Below the pieces are notes generated by a model. The model saw only the letters and a program-made list of their open reading frames with translations, was not told where the DNA came from and did no database searches. Below are positions 62,001-64,000 of a stretch of DNA of 64,000 bases, in pieces. The stretch comes from Eledone cirrhosa (taxonomy: Eukaryota). Every line of letters starts with the position of its first letter. Position 1 is the first letter of the stretch. The stretch spans positions 343,666,001 to 343,730,000 of the forward strand of contig OZ024742.1 of assembly GCA_964016885.1 (NCBI GenBank), given 5' to 3'. The translations under genes and the position numbers were made by a program.

Positions 62001-62890
62001 TATGGTGTGGTATACTGAGATACAGTCACAGTATGGTGTGATATACTGAGATACAGTCACAGTATGGTGTGGTACACTGAGATACAGTCACAGCATGGTG
62101 TGATATACTGAGATACACTCACAGTATGGTGTGGTATACTGAGATACAGTCACAGTATGGTGTGGAACACTGAGATACAGTCACAATATGGTGTGGTATA
62201 CTGAGATACCCCCGATGTATGGTGTGATATACTGAGATACAGTCACAGTATGGTGTGATATACTGAGATACAGTCACAGTATGGTGTGAGATACTGAGAT
62301 ACAGTCACAGTATGGTGTGGTTTACTGAGATACAGTCACAGATGGTGTGATAAACTGAGAGACACCCACAGTATGGTGTGATATATTGAGATACACCCAC
62401 AGTATGGTGTGATATACTGAGATACACCCACAGTATGGTGTGATATACTGAGATACAGTCACATTATGGTGTGATATACTGAGATACAGTCACAGTATGG
62501 TGTGGTATACTGAGATACAGTCACAGTATGGTGTGGTACACTGAGATACAGTCACAGTATGGTGTGATATACTGAGATACAGTCACAGTATGGTGTGAGA
62601 TACTGAGATACAGTCACAGTATGGTGTGGTATACTGAGATACAATCACAGTATGGTGTGGCATACTGAGATACAGTCACAGTATGGTGTGGTACACTGAG
62701 ATACAGTCACAGTATGGTGTGAGATACTGAGATACAGTCACAGTATGGTGTGATATACTGAGATACAGTCACAGTATGGTGTGAGATACTGAGATACAGT
62801 CACAGTATGGTGTGGTACACTGAGATACAGTCACAGTATGGTGTGGTTTACTGAGATACAGTCACAGTATGGTGTGAGATACTGAGATAC
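53100..62890. repeat. Direct tandem duplication of a 4,895-bp unit (158 monomers minus 3 bp): ~53100-57995 and ~57995-62890
   Basis: Markers recur at +4895: 53286->58181, 54901->59796, 54233->59128, 56959->61854, 57951->62846. Confidence 0.92.
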
Positions 62891-64000
62891 AGTCAAAGTA
62901 TGGTGTGGTACACTGAGATACAGTCAGAGTATGGTGTGATAAACTGAGATACAGTCACAGTATGGTGTGATATACTGAGATACACCCACAGTATGGTGTG
63001 ATATACTGAGATACAGTCACAGTATGGTGTGATATACTGAGATACAGTCACAGTATGGTGTGGTACACTGAGATACAGTCAAAGTGTGGTGTGGTTTACT
63101 GAGATACAGTCACAGTTTGGTGTCGTATACTGAGATACACCCACAGTATGGTGTGATATACTGAGATACAGTCACAGTCTGGTGTGATATAGTGAGATAC
63201 ACCCACAGTATGGTGTGGTAGACTGAGATACAGTCACACTATGGTGTGATATACTGAGATACAGTCACAGTATGGTGTGGTATACTGAGATACGGTCAGA
63301 GTATGGTGTGATATACTGAGATACAGTCACAGTATGGTGTGATATACTGAGATACAGTCACAGTATGGTGTGATATACTGAGATACAGTCACAGTATGGT
63401 GTGATATACTGAGATACAGTCAGAGTATGGTGTGGTATACTGAGATAGAGTCACAGTATGGTGTGGTATACTGAGATACAGTCAGAGTATGGTGTGGTAC
63501 ACTGAGATACGGTCACAGTATGGTGTGATATACTGAGATACAGTCAGAGTATGGTGTGATATACTGAGATACAGTCACAGTATGGTGTGGTACACTGAGA
63601 TACAGTCACAGCATGGTGTGATATACTGAGATACACTCACAGTATGGTGTGGTATACTGAGATACAGTCAGAGTATGGTGTGGTATACTGAGATACAGTC
63701 ACAGTATGGTGTGATATACTGAGATACAGTCACAGTATGGTGTGAGATACTGAGATACAGTCACAGTATGGTGTGGTTTACTGAGATACAGTCACCGTAT
63801 GGTGTGATATACTGAGATACACCCACAGTATGGTGTAGTACACTGAGATACAGTCACAGTATGGTGTTAGATACTGAGATACACTCACAGAATGGTGTGA
63901 TATACTGAGATACACTCACAGTATGGTGTGAGATACTGACATACAGTCACAGTATGGTGTGGTTTACTGACATACAGTCACAGTATGGTGTGGTATACTG

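Larger units (their letters stand above)
1..64000. repeat. 31-bp tandem satellite array, ~2,064 head-to-tail monomers, consensus GGTGTG(GT/AT/AG)A(T/C)ACTGAGATACAGTCACAGTAT; runs off both window edges
   Basis: GGTGTG recurs at 1, 32, 63 ... up to 63987 (63986 = 2064x31 + 2). I saw no non-repeat insertion or inversion anywhere. Confidence 0.99.

Noticed and set aside
1-64000. CRISPR array (~30-bp partly palindromic repeat)
   Set aside because: Repeats are contiguous with no unique spacers, leader or cas genes.
1-64000. Telomerase-made repeat (GTATGGTGTGGT resembles the TG-rich core of long budding-yeast telomere units)
   Set aside because: Multi-kb duplications of variant patterns indicate recombinational amplification, not templated synthesis, and the length far exceeds such telomeres. 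A subtelomeric location cannot be excluded.
1-64000. G-quadruplex potential from the G-rich strand
   Set aside because: Only one or two GG doublets per 31 bp and essentially no GGG tracts.
1-64000. GATA sites (AGATAC) and TATA-like words as regulatory elements
   Set aside because: AGATAC does not fit WGATAR, and short motifs are an inevitable by-product of the repeat with no gene context.

Overview
The whole 64 kb is one uninterrupted, head-to-tail tandem array of a 31-bp monomer, consensus (+) GGTGTG[GT/AT/AG]A[T/C]ACTGAGATACAGTCACAGTAT. There are about 2,064 copies, all in the same orientation, with ~40% GC and no CpG in the consensus. It looks like eukaryotic satellite or very long minisatellite DNA; I do not recognise a named family. 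I find no genes, RNA genes, transposons or CRISPR spacers, and the listed ORFs are translation artefacts of the repeat. The informative signal is in the variant monomers, which reveal nested higher-order repeats (HORs). These are a recurrent ~25-30-monomer cassette, 1.24/2.7/3.2-kb duplications, a ~6.1-kb unit (about 4 copies), a ~15.7-kb near-identical duplication and a 4,895-bp tandem duplication. Length-variant monomers are very rare and account exactly for the phase drift across the window. Each monomer carries an imperfect inverted repeat. The two ends of the window share rare variants not seen in the homogeneous interior, suggesting layered expansion.
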